A stretch of DNA of 62,756 bases, filler included, from Chrysochromulina tobinii (Eukaryota): the NCBI GenBank assembly GCA_001275005.1. It is 4 parts of 4 records of this genome, joined end to end, with 100 filler letters (N's around TTAATTAATTAA, not from the genome) between each part and the next. Parts side by side here need not be neighbours in the genome. Positions count along the whole stretch, not along the records: positions 27,566 to 41,266 come from JWZX01001022.1; positions 41,367 to 59,713 come from JWZX01001024.1; 2 more parts are not named here. One strand, given 5' to 3'. Within the stretch, counting starts at the first letter, position 1; every line of letters starts with the position of its first letter. The notes beneath the pieces were generated by a model. That model worked only from the letters and a program-made list of their open reading frames with translations. It searched no databases and was not told the origin of the DNA. Below are positions 28,983 through 41,932 of this stretch, piece after piece. A program made the translations under genes and the position numbers.

Positions 28983-29447
28983 GGCGCCTCGCGCCTGTGT
29001 GTTGTGAGACGCTCCCGGGTACCGCCAGGAGCTGTCAGATGATCACCCGTGACGGTCGTCTCGTACGAGCAGACGTCGAGGTCGTCGAGGTGTCCCCACC
29101 GAACGGTGCAAACACGCACGCGCCGTATGCGTCGGGCGGCCGCGGCGCGGAGGGACTCTTTGCACTCTTTCTCGCAGAAGTCGTACGAACCCCACGCCAT
29201 GTATCGGTGGGATCGAATCATTGATAAGTACAAGTAGGGAATCAAGGGAACTGAGTTGCGAACTGCGAGCAGCGGAACGGAAAGGTGTGGGCGTCCTTTA
29301 AATTACGTAGGTCCTTTTAGGGATTAGGCAGAAGGGAACCATATACACGTTTCGGCACGAGGTAGGCCGGGCCAGGAGTAATGGGTATCGAATCTAAGTT
29401 CTAACGCGGTATGCGAATTTCTGAACTAAGGTCGACGGTTCGGCGCG

Positions 29448-32400
29448 CTACCACGCCTTGTCGGTGAACAGCCCCAGCGCCTCGTTGAGCATGTCATCCT
29501 CTGAGTATGCGCCCGGCTGCTTGAGCATCTGCTCAAACTTGGTTGGCTGCGGCGCCTGCGGCGTGGGTCGCTGTGGCGGCGGCTTGCGCTGTGGCGACGG
29601 TGGCTTGGGCTCCGGTGGCTCCGGTGGCTCCGGTGGCTCCGGTGGCTCGGGCGGCTCGGGCGGCTCGGGTGGCTCCGGTGGCTCCTCGGGCTCGGGAGGG
29701 GGCTCGGGAGGCGCTTTGGGAGGCGGCGGCTTGTCCGCCTTCTTGTCGCCGCCGCCGCCGAGGCTCATCTTGAGCAGCAGCTCCTTGAGCTCCTCGACGC
29801 GCTTGCCCGTCTGCGCCTGCTCCGCCTTGAGCTCGGCGAGCTCCTTGAGGGTCGCCGGGTCGATGCTCGACGCGCCCGCGCCCACCCTGCCCGCCACCTT
29901 GTCGACCGCCTTGTCGGCGACGCGCTCGGCACGGCGCTCCTCCTCCATCGCCTCGAGCTTGGCAATCTGGCGCTCGAGCTCGCGCTGCCGCTCGGCCTGC
30001 CGCCGCGCCTCCTCCTTCATCATCAGGATCGTCTCGGACTCTTCGACGACGATGCGCTCGCGCAGCCGGCGGCTCTCCTCCGCCGCCGCGAGCCGATCCA
30101 CGAGCTGCGCTTCGACGGACGCCGCGCGCTCCTCGGCTGCGGACGCCTCGCGGACGGCCGCGTCGAGCTTCTCGCTGAGCGTGTCGAGACGGCGTGTGGC
30201 GGCCTCCTCGCTCTGCTTGCGCACCTCGTCCAGGTGCTCACCGAGGCGCTCCGTCGAGGCGGCCATCTCCTCGGGCGCGTGCCGTTGCTGCTCGAGGGCG
30301 CTCAGCTGCTCGGCGAGCAGGTGCAGCTGCACCGCGACCGCGCCGTCAGCGTCGCCCCGGGCCACGCTGGCGAGCGTGCGAGGTCGCGGCGAGGTCGCGA
30401 TCTCGTCGACGAAGCGCGCGCCACCGCCAGCATAGGGCGTGGGCGGCGCCGAGGGGGGGCCGCGACGGCTGCGCACGGGCGAGAGGGCGTTCGCCAGCGC
30501 CACCCCATGCGCGTCGGCCATCTGCAGCCTCGCGGCGCGCGCGACGAGCTCGCTCGCCGCCACCGCCGCCTCGCGTGCCGCCACCTCGCGCCGCAGCTGG
30601 CTCTCGTACGCCTCGCGCGCGGCCGCGGCGTCTTGCTCGGCCTCGTCGAGTTGCAGCTGTAGCGTCCGCCGCTCGGCCGCCGCCACCACGTCGCGCGCGA
30701 CGAGGTCGCGTTCCACATCGGAGCGCGCGAGCTCGAGCCGCTGCTCGAAGAGGGAGCGCGCGCGCTCGGCCGCCTCCCGTTGCTCGGCGGCCGCGCGCTC
30801 GGCCGCCTCGAGCCGGCGCTGCAGCAACCGACGCTCGGCCGCCTCGCCGTCGGCCTTGGCAGCGAGCGAACGCTCATTGATCGCCCGTTGGGTCGCGAGC
30901 TGCTCCTCGAGCTGCTTTGCCGAGCGCTCGAGGGCCTCGTGGGCCTCCCGCGCCGCACGCTCACTCTTCTCGAGCTTCTCCTCGAGCTGACGGCGCGCAT
31001 TGGCTGCCGTCTCATCTCGGATCGCTAGCTCACGCGCCGTCTCTGTGCGCGCGAGCTGCAGCCGCTGCTCGTGCTCCGAGACGGCGCGATCCAAGTCCGC
31101 GCGCGCCTCGTCCGCCTCGCGTTGCGTCTCGGACAGCTCGTCTTCGAGCCGTCGGCGTTCGGCCGCGGCCTCCGCCTCTTGCCGCGCGAGCGCTCGTTGC
31201 GCCTGCGCCTGCACGAGCTGCGCCTGCTGCTCGTACCCTACCTGCATCGCCTGCTGCTCCATGAGCAACCTCTGGCGCACCGCCGCGTACGCAAACTGGC
31301 GCCAGAACCCAAAGGCGCTCGCGAGCCCCGGCGCGAGGAAGTGAGCCGCCGCGCGCCGGAGCCGCCTGTGCTCCTCGGTGGCGTCGGTCCACGTCGAGAA
31401 GGCTTGCGCGAGGCGCGCATTGAGGAGGCGGCGGCAGCCCTGCTCGAACAACTCCCGCGCTCGAGCCTCGCGCTCGAGCTTCGCGAGCTCCGCCTCGCGC
31501 CTCGCCGCCTCGAGCGCGCCCTCGAGGCCCTCACGCTCACGCGCCGCCACGGCGCGCGCCCGTTCATACGCGTCCTCGAGCCGCGCGGCTTCAGCCTGAC
31601 GGCGCGCCTCCTCGAGCGCCTCACGCTCGGCCGCCTCTCGGGCCTCGCGCGCCTCCGCCGCGACCGCCAGCCATGCGCCAAACGCACTCGCGAGCCCCGG
31701 CTGCCTCAGGCGCTGCGTCGCGCGCAGCAGCTGCCGCCGCTCGTCCACGGCGGCCTTCCATGCGCCGAGGGCGCGCGCGACCGGCAGCTGCATGAGCCGG
31801 CGCATCGCCTGCTCCTGCAGCCGCGCCAATGCGCGCTGCGCCTCGGTGCGATGCGCGTCGAGCTCCTCCTGCAGCGCGCGCACGCGCTCCTGCAGCGCGT
31901 CGCGCTCGACGGCCGCCCGCGCCTCGCGCGAGAGCAGCTCGCCCTCGCTGTCGGAGCGGATCAGGCCTAGCCGCAGCTCCATCTGCTCACGATAGCGCGC
32001 CTCGAGGGCTGCCTCGCGCGCCGCACGCGCCATCGCGAGCGAAATGGTCTTCCACTCCACAAACGCAGCGGCCAGCCCCGGGACCAGCATGCGCGCGACG
32101 GCCTGTCGCAGCCGGCGCCGCTCTTCGACCATCGCCCGCCACGCGCCGAAGCCGTGCGCGAGCGGCAGGTTCATCAGGCGCCGCAGCCCCTGCTCCTGGG
32201 CGAGCTTGACCTTGGCGTCGTGCTTCGCCTTCTCCGCGAGCATCCCGCGCTCGAGGTCATTGAGCCGCGCCTCGGCCTCTTGACGGCGGAGCGCCTCCTC
32301 GATCTCCTTGAGTGCGAGCTCCTTCTCGGAGTCGGAGCGGGCGAGCGCGAGCCGCTCCTGCATCCGTGCCTCAAAGGACAGCTCGAGCTCGCGCGCCTCG

Positions 32401-34875
32401 CGCTCGCGCCGCTCCCTCTCCCTCTCAGCACGCCACGTGGCAAACGCCGGGGCCAAGCCCGGATGGCGCAGCCGGCCCGCGGCCTGCTTGAGGCGGCGGC
32501 GCTGCTCGCCCTGCTCGGCCCAGGCGCTGAGCGCGCGCGCGAGGCCGAGGTTCAAGATGCGACGCATCCCTCGCTCCTGCAGCTCGCGTGTGCGTCGGTC
32601 CTGATCGGTGAGGCTCCTGCTGAGCGCCGCCTGTGCGGCGGCGAGTCGCCGCTCAAGGTCCTGGCGCGCCGCGTGATGCGCAGCGTCCCGCGTGGCGAGC
32701 AGCCCCTCCGTGTCGGAGCGCGCGAGAGCCAGTCGCTCCTGCAATCGCCGTTCAAACTCGTCCTCGAGCGCCTTGTGCTCGCGCGCGCGTCGCTCCTCAG
32801 CGGCGAGACGGCGCCACTGGAGCATCGCGGCGCGCATCGCGGGTCGGCGCCACTGGCCCATGGCGGCGCGCAGCTGGCGCTGCTCGTACACACTTTCGGT
32901 CCACTTGCGGATCCCGCGCGTCTGCTCGGGGCTGCGCAGCTGGCTCGCGGCACGATTGAGCCGCCTGAGATTGTCGAGCCACTCTGCCCAGCTGCGGAAG
33001 CTGCGCGCGAGCTCGAGGTTGAGGATGCGACGCATCGCGTGCTCCTGCGCGCGCCTGTCCGCGAGCTCCCGCGCCTGCTTCTCCGACTGCGACTCGGCCT
33101 CCTTGTGGGCCAGCCGCTGCTCGAGCAGGCGCAACGCACGCTCGTGCTCCGCGCGCTGCTCGGCGAGAACCTGCTCGGCGCGGCGCCGCTCCTGCAGCAC
33201 GCGATCATCGAGGAGCGCGCGCGAGCGCTCCTCCACCTCGGCAGCGTACTGCGCCTGGCGCAGATCGGACGTTACCTGGCGCCAGTGGCGCAGGCTCGCC
33301 GTGAGCCGCGGCTTGTGCCAGCTCGAGGCGGCCTGGCGCAACTGGCGCAGGTCCTCGGCCCATTGGGTCCATGAGTTGAGAGCACGGCCCGAGGGCGAAC
33401 TGATGCGGTTGGCCGTCGAGCGCATCGCTCGGACCGCGTGGTCCACCTCGACCCAGTTGCGGAACATGCGCGCGATCTCGAGGTTGCGCATGCGCAGGAT
33501 GGACTTGCGATGCTGGGCCTCGGCGCGCTGGCGCTGCTGCTCGAGCTCGGCGAGCTTCTCGCGGTCGAGCTCGTCGAGAGCTCGCTCGAGCTCGCGCTGC
33601 TTGGCCGCGGCCGCCGCCTGCCCGATGGCCATCTGGCGCTCCGACTCGGAATGCGCGAGTGCGAGCTGCTCTTGCAGCCGCGCCTCGTGGAACTCTTCGA
33701 TCTCTCGCCGCTCGCGCTCACGACGCTCGTCCGCCGCCGTCTGACGCCACTCGCGCAGCGCGGCCACTTTGACGGGCGAGCGGAAGCCGCTCGCCGCACG
33801 CCGAAGCAGACGCAGCTGCTCGAGCCGATCGATCCACATAGCCCGCCACGACTGGAAGCCACGGTGCAGGTCGCGGCGCAGCGTCCGGCGCATCACCTGC
33901 TCCATGACCCCCTGGCGCGTGTGTGCTCGAAGCTGCTGCAGCTCCACGTCTCGTTCGCGCAGCTGCTGCTCGAGCGAGCGCACCTCGTCGTCGCGCGAGC
34001 GCTTGAGCACTTCGGCCATCTCGGCCAGCGTCGCCTCCGATTCGGACTTGGCCAGCCGCAGACGCTCCTGCATCTGCTCTTCCATGTGCATTTGCCATTG
34101 CTCGCGCTCCGCCGCCTCCCGCTCAGCCCGATGCCGCTGCACGTCGAGCGCAGCGTTCAGGCCGTCGGAGAGCGAGGCCAGCCGGAAGGCGAGCTCGTCC
34201 GTCTCGGCGTCGGGATACGGCCCGCGTCCGAGGCCGCCACTGTCCGCCTCGCCCTCGTGCAGCGCCGCACGGAGCCCGTCGACCTGGTGTGCGAGAGCAG
34301 CGAGCCGAAGGTCGAGATCGGCATCTTCGGCGATCTCGAGAGGCGGCGGCAGCGGCGCGCGCGGCCGCGTGGGTGGCGAGGAGGGCGGCTGCGTGAGCAC
34401 ACGCGGCTGTGGGCTGGCCGGAGGCTCCGGGATGGCCGTCGCTCCCATATTAGGCAACGAGAGCACCCGCGGAAGCCCGGCGGTCTGCACGCGCAGGATG
34501 TCGCTCAGCTGACGCTCGAGATTCTCGAGCTGCGCCTCGAGGGCCGAGGGTCGACGCGGCGAGGGCAGGCGTGGTGGCGAGGGCGGCGCGCGCTCGATGG
34601 CGGCGACGAGGGTGCTCTCGAGACCCTCGAGCCGCCGGGCCACGTCCCGCTCCTCAGCCTCGTGCATCTGCTGCGTCAGCCGTTGCTGGTGCTCCTCCAT
34701 GCGGGCCATGCGCTCGGCCGCGACCGCGTCCATGGCGCCGCCGCCGCGCGCGCCGCCGCCGTTCTGCAGGTACATCTGCTCCTCGAGCGCACTCAGGGCA
34801 TCCTCGCTCCGTTCGGTCGCCACTCGCAGCTTGCGCTCGAGCGCGGCGATGCGCCGCCGCGGCGCGTCCGGGCCG

Positions 34876-34919
<44 letters not shown>

Positions 34920-37900
34920 ACCCGAGGGGCGCGACGCGCGCGGCGGCAAGCCGGCAAGCCGGCGCTGCTGCTGCTGCTCGTGCTCCCGATGTCGCAGCCG
35001 CTGCTGGTTGAGCTCCTCCTCAAGCTCGGCGCGCGCCTTTTCCGCATTCGACGCGCGTCGGAGCGCCGCCTCGAGCGCCGACTTGGCCTCCGCCTGCGTC
35101 GCGGCGACGGCCGCCTCCAGCTCGGCCTTCACACGCGCCTCGAGCCGCTCGCGCTCGAGCCGCTTCGCCTCCGCGACGGCCGTGTGCCACGAGTTGAAGC
35201 CGTTGGCGAGCGCGCGGTTCCGGATGCGCCCCGCGGAGTGACGAATCTTCTGTAGCGCGAGCTGGAGGGCTCGCATCTTGTTGAAGGCGCGAGCGAGCGT
35301 CTGCTTCTGCCAGCGCATGATGACCATCTGGCGCAGCTGGTGCAGCCGCTTCTCGTTCCGCTCGGCCTCGGCGACGGCGTCATCGAGCGTCTTCTTCCCG
35401 AGGCGAAACAGCTCGTCCCGCGCCGCGCGCGCCGCATCGGCCGCCGCCCGCTCCTGCTCGCGCGCACGCTGCAGATCGTCGAGCAGCGCGTTGCGCTCTC
35501 CCTCGAGCGCCGCCGCCTGCGCCGCTTGCGCCTTGCGCTCCGCTTCCTGTGCCTCCTCGAGCAGATGGCGGCGCAGCCGACGCCACGCGCTCGGAAGCAG
35601 CACGCGGCGCAGGACTGCCGCGCCGTTGAAGCGGCGCGCCTCGGCAGCGGCGTGGTGCCAGCGGCGGAAGGCCTCGGGCACGTCGAGCTTAGCGAGGCCC
35701 ACGTGGCGGAGCGAGCGCTCCAAGAGCCGCTTGGCGATCGTCTTCTTCGCCTCCGTCTGCTCGGCGAGGGCTGCATGCAACCGCTGGGTCTCCACCAGAT
35801 GCGCCTCCGCCTCCGCCTCGCGTGCCTTGGCGAGCGTCTCGCTCTGCTCGTGCATGCGCCGCTCGAGGGAGCGCTCCTTCTCATCCGCCTCGGAGCGCTT
35901 CTTGGTCGCGAGCTGCTCGTGCTCCTGCCGCTCTTGGTTCAGGCGCCGCAGGAGTGCCGCGCGCTGTGAACGCTGCTCCACCTCGTGCCGCAGCCGGCGG
36001 AAGACGCCGGGCAGCCGCGCACGGCGCGCGAGCGCGCGCGCCTTCTCGGGCGTGCGTCGGCGCCGCGCCGCAGCCTTCTGGCGCCACTGCTGGAAGGCGA
36101 GCGCCGCCTTCGCATAGCCCCAGCGCATCGCCTTGTACGGCGCGAGAGCCTGCGCCTGCTTGGCCATCTCCTTCCTGCGCCGCGCCTCGTCGTCGACCCT
36201 CTCGCGCAGCTGGCGCTCGCGCTCGCGCTGCGCGTCCTCGACTGCCTCGCGCTCCTCGGCCAGCTGCTGCTCGCGCGCATGCATCCGCGCCTCGAGCTCC
36301 CTCCCCTTCTCCTCCGCCTCCGCGCGCAGCCCCGCCTCAAGGTCCTGCAGACCCTCGATCCGATCGGAGACGCGGCGCGACTCGGCCGCGCGCCGCTGCG
36401 CCTTTTGGAACTCGAGGCGCAGCCGGCGGAAGGCGCCCGGCAGCCGCACGCGCCGCGTGAGCGCCTCGCGCTGCTCGGCGCTCGCGCCGCCGCGCCGGCG
36501 CCTCGCCCCCAACTGGTGGATGAACCTCGCCCAGCCGCACGCGAGCCGCTTGACAAAGAAGAGGCGGATCATTTTCTCCTGCAGGGCGGCCGCCGACTTT
36601 TGGTGCGCCTCGCCCTCCTGCTTCCTTACGTCCTCGAGCGTCGACGCGAGCTGGCGCTGCTTCTCGTTGGCCGCCTCGCGTGCCGCCTCGAGCGCCTGCT
36701 GCTGCTCGCGCCGCAGGTGCTCGATCGTGGTCGCGTGCTGCTGGCGCAGCTCGTCGCGCTTCCCGCGCTCTGCCTCGAGGCTCCTCGCGAGACCCTCGCG
36801 CTCATGGCGCAGCTCCGCGGCGCGGCGCATATGGCGAAAGACGCCCGGCATGCGTACACGCCGTGAGAGATACCCACGGCCGGCGGCGCCGCCGCGCACG
36901 CGGCCGCGCATCCAGTCGCGCCAGCGCGACCAGCCACTGTGTAGCCGCGAGGGAAGGATGGCGCGCAGCTTGGCGATGACGCGACCCATCTTGTCCATCA
37001 GAGCCTGTCGCGAGGCTTCGGCCGCCCGCCGTGCCTGCACGAGCTGCTCGCGCATCGCGAGGAGCTTGGCCTCGTACGCCGCGCGGTCCTCCTCCGCCTC
37101 CTCCTCCTGCAGCGCGAGCTGCGCCTGCAGCGCGCGCTCCTTCTCCTCCACGTCGTCGCGTAACGTCTCCTCGAGCTCGCGTAGATGCTCCGCCTCGCTC
37201 GCGCGCCGCTGCGCCTCCGAGTCGCGCCGCTGCCACTGCTCAAACTCGCGCCGCAGCCGGCGGAAGGCGCCCGGCAGCCGCACGCGCCGCGTGAGCGCCT
37301 CGCGCTGCTCGTCGCTCGCGCCGCCGCGCCGCCGCCGCTCGTACGCATGGAGCTTCCACCTTTGAAATGCCTTGGCGTAGCCCCAGCGCATCAGGCGCGC
37401 TAGGGTCATCCGCTGGGCAAGGCGGCGCGCCTCACGCTCCTTTTGTTGGCGCTCGTCGAGCCGCTCGCGCAGCTGGGCTTCACGCTCGCGCGCCTCCCGA
37501 CTCTCCGCCTCGCGTTCCACAGTGACGAGGCGCTCGCGCTCGGCCATCTGCTCCTCGAGCGCCCGCTGCCGGTTCGCGTCTTCCTCGCGCAGCCGCTCCT
37601 CGAGCGCACGCAGCTCCGCGCGCTCGGCCTCGCGCTGCTTCTCGAGCGCCGCCTGGCGCTGTCTCTGCTCCAAGTCACGCCGGAGCCGGCGGAAGACGGC
37701 CGGCAGCCGCACGCGTCGCGCGAGCACCCGCAGGGCGCGCTGCCGCTGCAGACGCTTGAGCTCGGCGAGGCGGGTGCCCATCGCTTCTCTCTCGGCGGCT
37801 GCCGCGTCGCGCTCCCTTTGGCTCTTCGTTCCCCGCGCGATCTCGGCCTCGATCTCGTGCATCTCGCCCTTCAAGAGCTCGAGCGCCACCGTCTCCTCGG

Positions 37901-40900
37901 GCGTGGGCCGCCCGAGGGCCTTGGCACGCGCCTCGCGGTACTCCTGCCAGCGCTGGAAGGCCTTCGAGTAGCCGTACCGAAAGAGATGGCGCATGGCGTC
38001 GATCGCCTGCTGCCGAAGCGCGAGCCGCCGCCGCTGCATCTCCTCAATCTCGCGCTCCTCGAGCTCTCCCCGCATCACCAGCCGCTCCACCTCCGACTCC
38101 CGCGCTTGCCGGGCCATCTCTGCCTCGCGCCTCGCCGCCTCCGCCATCAGCTGCTGCTCCTGCTCGCTCAGCCGGTCCGCCGCGAGCGCCGCGCGCGCTG
38201 CCTCGTCCGCGTCTTCGCGCGCCTTTTCACTCCAGCGCCTCCACTCCCGGAACGCCTTCCCGAGCGCCGGGTTGCGGATGAACCCGAGCGACTGGAGCAT
38301 CATGCGCCTCTGGTACGCGAGCGCGTGCCACGTGTTGAGGGCGCGCGAGAGGCCGCGTTGGAGCAGGTGGCGCGCGCCTTGCTCGGCAAGCCGTCGGACC
38401 AGCCGCGCATGCTCGTGCGCGAGACGCGCCGCATCGGCCGCTGCCTCTTCGGCCTGCAGCGAGAGCGAGAGCCGCTCGCGCGCGGCCGCGTCGAGGCTGC
38501 TCGCGAGGGCCTCCCCCGCCTCCGAGCGCTCCTGCTCAAGGCGCTCGCGCAGCCGTCGCTCGTACTCCTCCTCGAGCTGCCGCTGCTCCTTTTCGCGCCG
38601 CGCCTCGGCCGACAGGCGCCGCCACCGGTGCACGAGGCGGCGCATCGCGGGCTTGTGCCACTTGGGTCAGCACGGAGCGCAGCTGGCGATGCTCGTCGGC
38701 GGCCGCGCTCCAGCTACGCATCCCGCGCGACTTTTCGGGGCTGCGCGGACGGTTCGCGGCCGCCGAGAGCCGCCGCCGTTCGTCGAGCCACTCGATCCAG
38801 CTGTGGAAGCCGCGCGCGAGCTCGTGGCGGAGGATCGTGCAGCCGGCCGGCGAGCTCGAGCTCGCGCCGCGCGGCCTCCGCCTCCGCCTCCTTCTCGGTG
38901 AGCTGCCGCTCGAGCTCGCGCGTGATCGCCGCCGCGCGCCCGTCCATCTCGTCCGCCGCCGCCGCGTAGGCGCTGCGGGCCTGCGCGAGCTCGCTCGCCA
39001 GCCGCTCCTCGTACTGCCGCTGAAGGACGTCCTCACGCTTGCGCTGTGCCTCGTCGCTTGCGAGCTTGCGCCACTCGCCAAAGGCCGCCGCCACCTTGGG
39101 CGCGCGCATTCGGGCGAGCACCGCTCGCTCGAGGCGCCGCTGCTCGGCGAGCTCGCGCCACGTCGCCCACGCACGAGGCACAGCGCCGCGCATCCGGGCG
39201 AGCACCCGGCGCTCGAGACGGCGCTGTTCGCACCGGTCCCGCCACGTCACCAAAGCACGGCCGACTGGCCGGAGCGCTTCCTTGACAACGAGGCGCGCCG
39301 CCGCTTGAATGCGCGCGCGTTGGGTGCGCGCGCCCTCGGCCCACTGGCGCATCAGGCGTAGCAGCTGCAGCCGCGAGAGCCGTTGGTTCACCTGCGCCTC
39401 CCTAGTCGCAAAGTTGCGTGCGATCGCCTCCTCGCTTGTGTGCAACTCGTCGAGCAGCACGCGCTGCTCAGCCGCGGCGGCCGCCTCGCACGCAGCGAGA
39501 GCCGCCGCCACTCGCTGCTCCTGCTGCGCGGCCGTCGCGGCCTCCAAGGCTGCCTCGGCCGCTCGGGCTGACTGGTGCTCTGAGAGGCTCACGAGAGAGG
39601 GTTTGGCCAGCGGCGGCGGCGCGGTGCGCATCTCGTCGCTCTTGTCGCTCGTGTCGCCCACCTGTGCGGCCTCGTGCGCGCCCATCGTGTCGGGTAGCTG
39701 AGCCAGAGCCTCGGCGGCGGTGCGGCGCAATGGCAGTTGAGTACCCCATCGGTTCGGCAGCGCCTCCGGCTGCGCCATGGCCTCCAGGAGCGCCTGTCCG
39801 AACCCGGCAAGATCGCGCACGAGCGCCTGCGTGCCCTGCGGGTCGAGCTGGGCGCCGAGCTCCGCTACGCGCCGCATGCCCGACTGCACCGTCGCCGCGT
39901 CCGACGGTCGCTCCGCGACGGCCGAGCCGCCCGGCAATAGGCGGAAGCTGGGCGGCGGCGGCGGCGGCGGCGGCGGCTCGACGGCGCGTCGCCACGCTTC
40001 GAAAGCCGCCGCGCGCGGCAGCAGCCGACGCGCCACTTGCGCCATCCTCTCGCGCCGGCTCCGCTCCTCGTTCGCGTGCGCGCACCACGTGCGGTACGCG
40101 CCGAGCTGGGCGCGGAACGCTTCACCGCCCACGCTCGAGAGCAAGCCGCCCACTTTGGTCGCGATGCGCTCGAGACGGCGCTTCGCCTCCACGCCGCGCC
40201 GCCACTGCCGAAAGCCTAGGCCCTGCCGCAGGTGCCGGAGCTGTTCGGCGGCCTCGCTCGCCTTCGCGCCGAGGAGCCGCTCCTGCAGCGCGCGGTCCGC
40301 CGCCTCCTGCGCCGCCGCCTCGGCCGCCGCCGCCGCCGCCGCCGCCGCCTCGGCTTCCTTGGCCGCCTCGAGCTCCGCACGGATCTCCCTACGAGCCTCG
40401 GCCTTGGCGCCCTCGGTCACGGCCACCAGTTCGGCCGCCCGCGCCGCCGCCTGCTGCTGCTCCGCCTCGCGTGCCGCCGCCTTGCGCGACACGTGCGCCT
40501 CGAGCGGCACCGTCGGCGCCGAAGGCACCGCGCCTGCGGACGAGGGCGTGCCCGTGCGCAGTACCTCGACGCTCGGGTCGCTCGCTGCGATGGCCTCGCG
40601 CTCGAGGGCGGCTGTGTCGCGCACGTCGGGCAGGTACGGCCCACGCGCTCGGTGCACGGGCGGCGGCACCGTCGGCTGCGCGATCGTCTGCATCAGCTGC
40701 CGCCCAAACGATGCCAAATCCGCAACGAGCGCTTGGGACGCTTGGGGCTCGAGCGTCGTCGCGAGCGCCGCGAGGCTCTGCATGCCCTGCTCGATCGCCG
40801 ACACGTCCGAGGGCCGATCCGAGACGAGCGTCTCGGCGTGTGTCAGCCGGCGTGTGAAGGGCTTCGCGAGCGCCGGCTCGGGCTGCGGCGGCGGCGTGAC

Positions 40901-41266
40901 CGCGGGCGGCGTCGCGGCGGCGGGTGGCAAAGGCCGGTGGAAGGCTTCTGCTTCGAGGCGGTCGGCGGCCTGCTCCTCGAGCTCGATGACCGCCTCGAGC
41001 CGGGCGACGGCTTCGTCGCGTGCGCCCGCTTCGAGCAGCTGGAGCACGCGCTGCACACGCACCGCCGTCTGCCGCCCGCGCTGCTCGCGCCGCGCCGCGT
41101 CCGCCGAGCTCGGCCTTGACGAAACCGAAGCTTCGTCAACGAGCGCGTCGTCGTCGGCGCCCGCGTCGGCGCCCGCGTCGGCGCCCGCGGCGGCGCCGGG
41201 GTCGGCCGCTTCGGCGACGCGGCGCAACTGCGGCCCAAGCGCCGCGAGCAGCGCGGGCGCGTCTGC
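29448..41266 (-). CDS. Giant (>3900 aa, 5'-truncated) coiled-coil protein with many Sfi1-like LxxxF/LxxW repeats; two apparent frameshifts near 38840 and 38662
   Basis: ORFs 38714-41227, 38536-39174 (part) and 29448-38645 are collinear. Repeats include LARSFRSW, LAPAFATW, LAHGFGAW, LASAFGAW, LAQAFSTW and LANGFNSW; (PPE)n tail. Confidence 0.8.
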
Positions 41267-41366
41267 NNNNNNNNNNNNNNNNNNNNNNNNNNNNNNNNNN
41301 NNNNNNNNNNTTAATTAATTAANNNNNNNNNNNNNNNNNNNNNNNNNNNNNNNNNNNNNNNNNNNN
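41267..41366. other. Artificial contig spacer
   Basis: N44-TTAATTAATTAA-N44. Confidence 0.97.
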
Positions 41367-41448
41367 CATACTCGGTGGCCGACATCGAGACGGATGAGAC
41401 GGGCGCGCGCATGGCGCGCATGGGTGCGGCAGCGAAGATGAGAGCCAT
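41367..41448 (-). CDS. LHCX: 5' fragment of a second Lhcx copy, cut by the contig edge
   Basis: Reverse complement matches 47981-48062 (MALIFAAAPMRAMRAPVSSVSMSATEY); the 5' UTR is also near-identical. Confidence 0.85.
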
Positions 41449-41932
41449 CGATAAACCGGATCGGGGATGGAATCGGCGAAAGAGAATTCAGGGAAAGGAC
41501 CAAGAATTCGCAGTGTTAGTCAAGAATTCTCATTTCAAGGCGCCGTAAGCGCCCGGCAAGGCGCGGCAGGGTCGCGACGCGGCGATGCGTGAGAGTGGAG
41601 TTAGAGAGGAGTTCGGGCTATGATTAAGAGCGGCTCGAGTTCTCGAGTTGCCTACCGGTACTTGCCTTGCCTTGTTGCTGCCTCATGTCTTGTGAACTTT
41701 TGGTTAATCTTTTGGAAGTCGGACGGAGCATCTTTGAGATTCGAACGATCGGGCAACTTTGCCTCGAGGCAAAAGCCGAAAGTCTCGCGGGACCCGAAAA
41801 GAGGGGCCTGAGGCGCCCTCCACCTTGTTCGGCCTGCCGTCACTCATTTTTACGCAGGCTACTTGCCCCATTGGAGGCGCGGCGACGGTTTGGAGTCGCT
41901 AGCCGCGGGTGGCTGCGCTCTCCTCGTCGCCG

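Noticed and set aside
29458..41318. Many long + strand ORFs opposite the giant gene
   Set aside because: Shadow ORFs caused by high GC and codon bias; they show no recognisable motifs.
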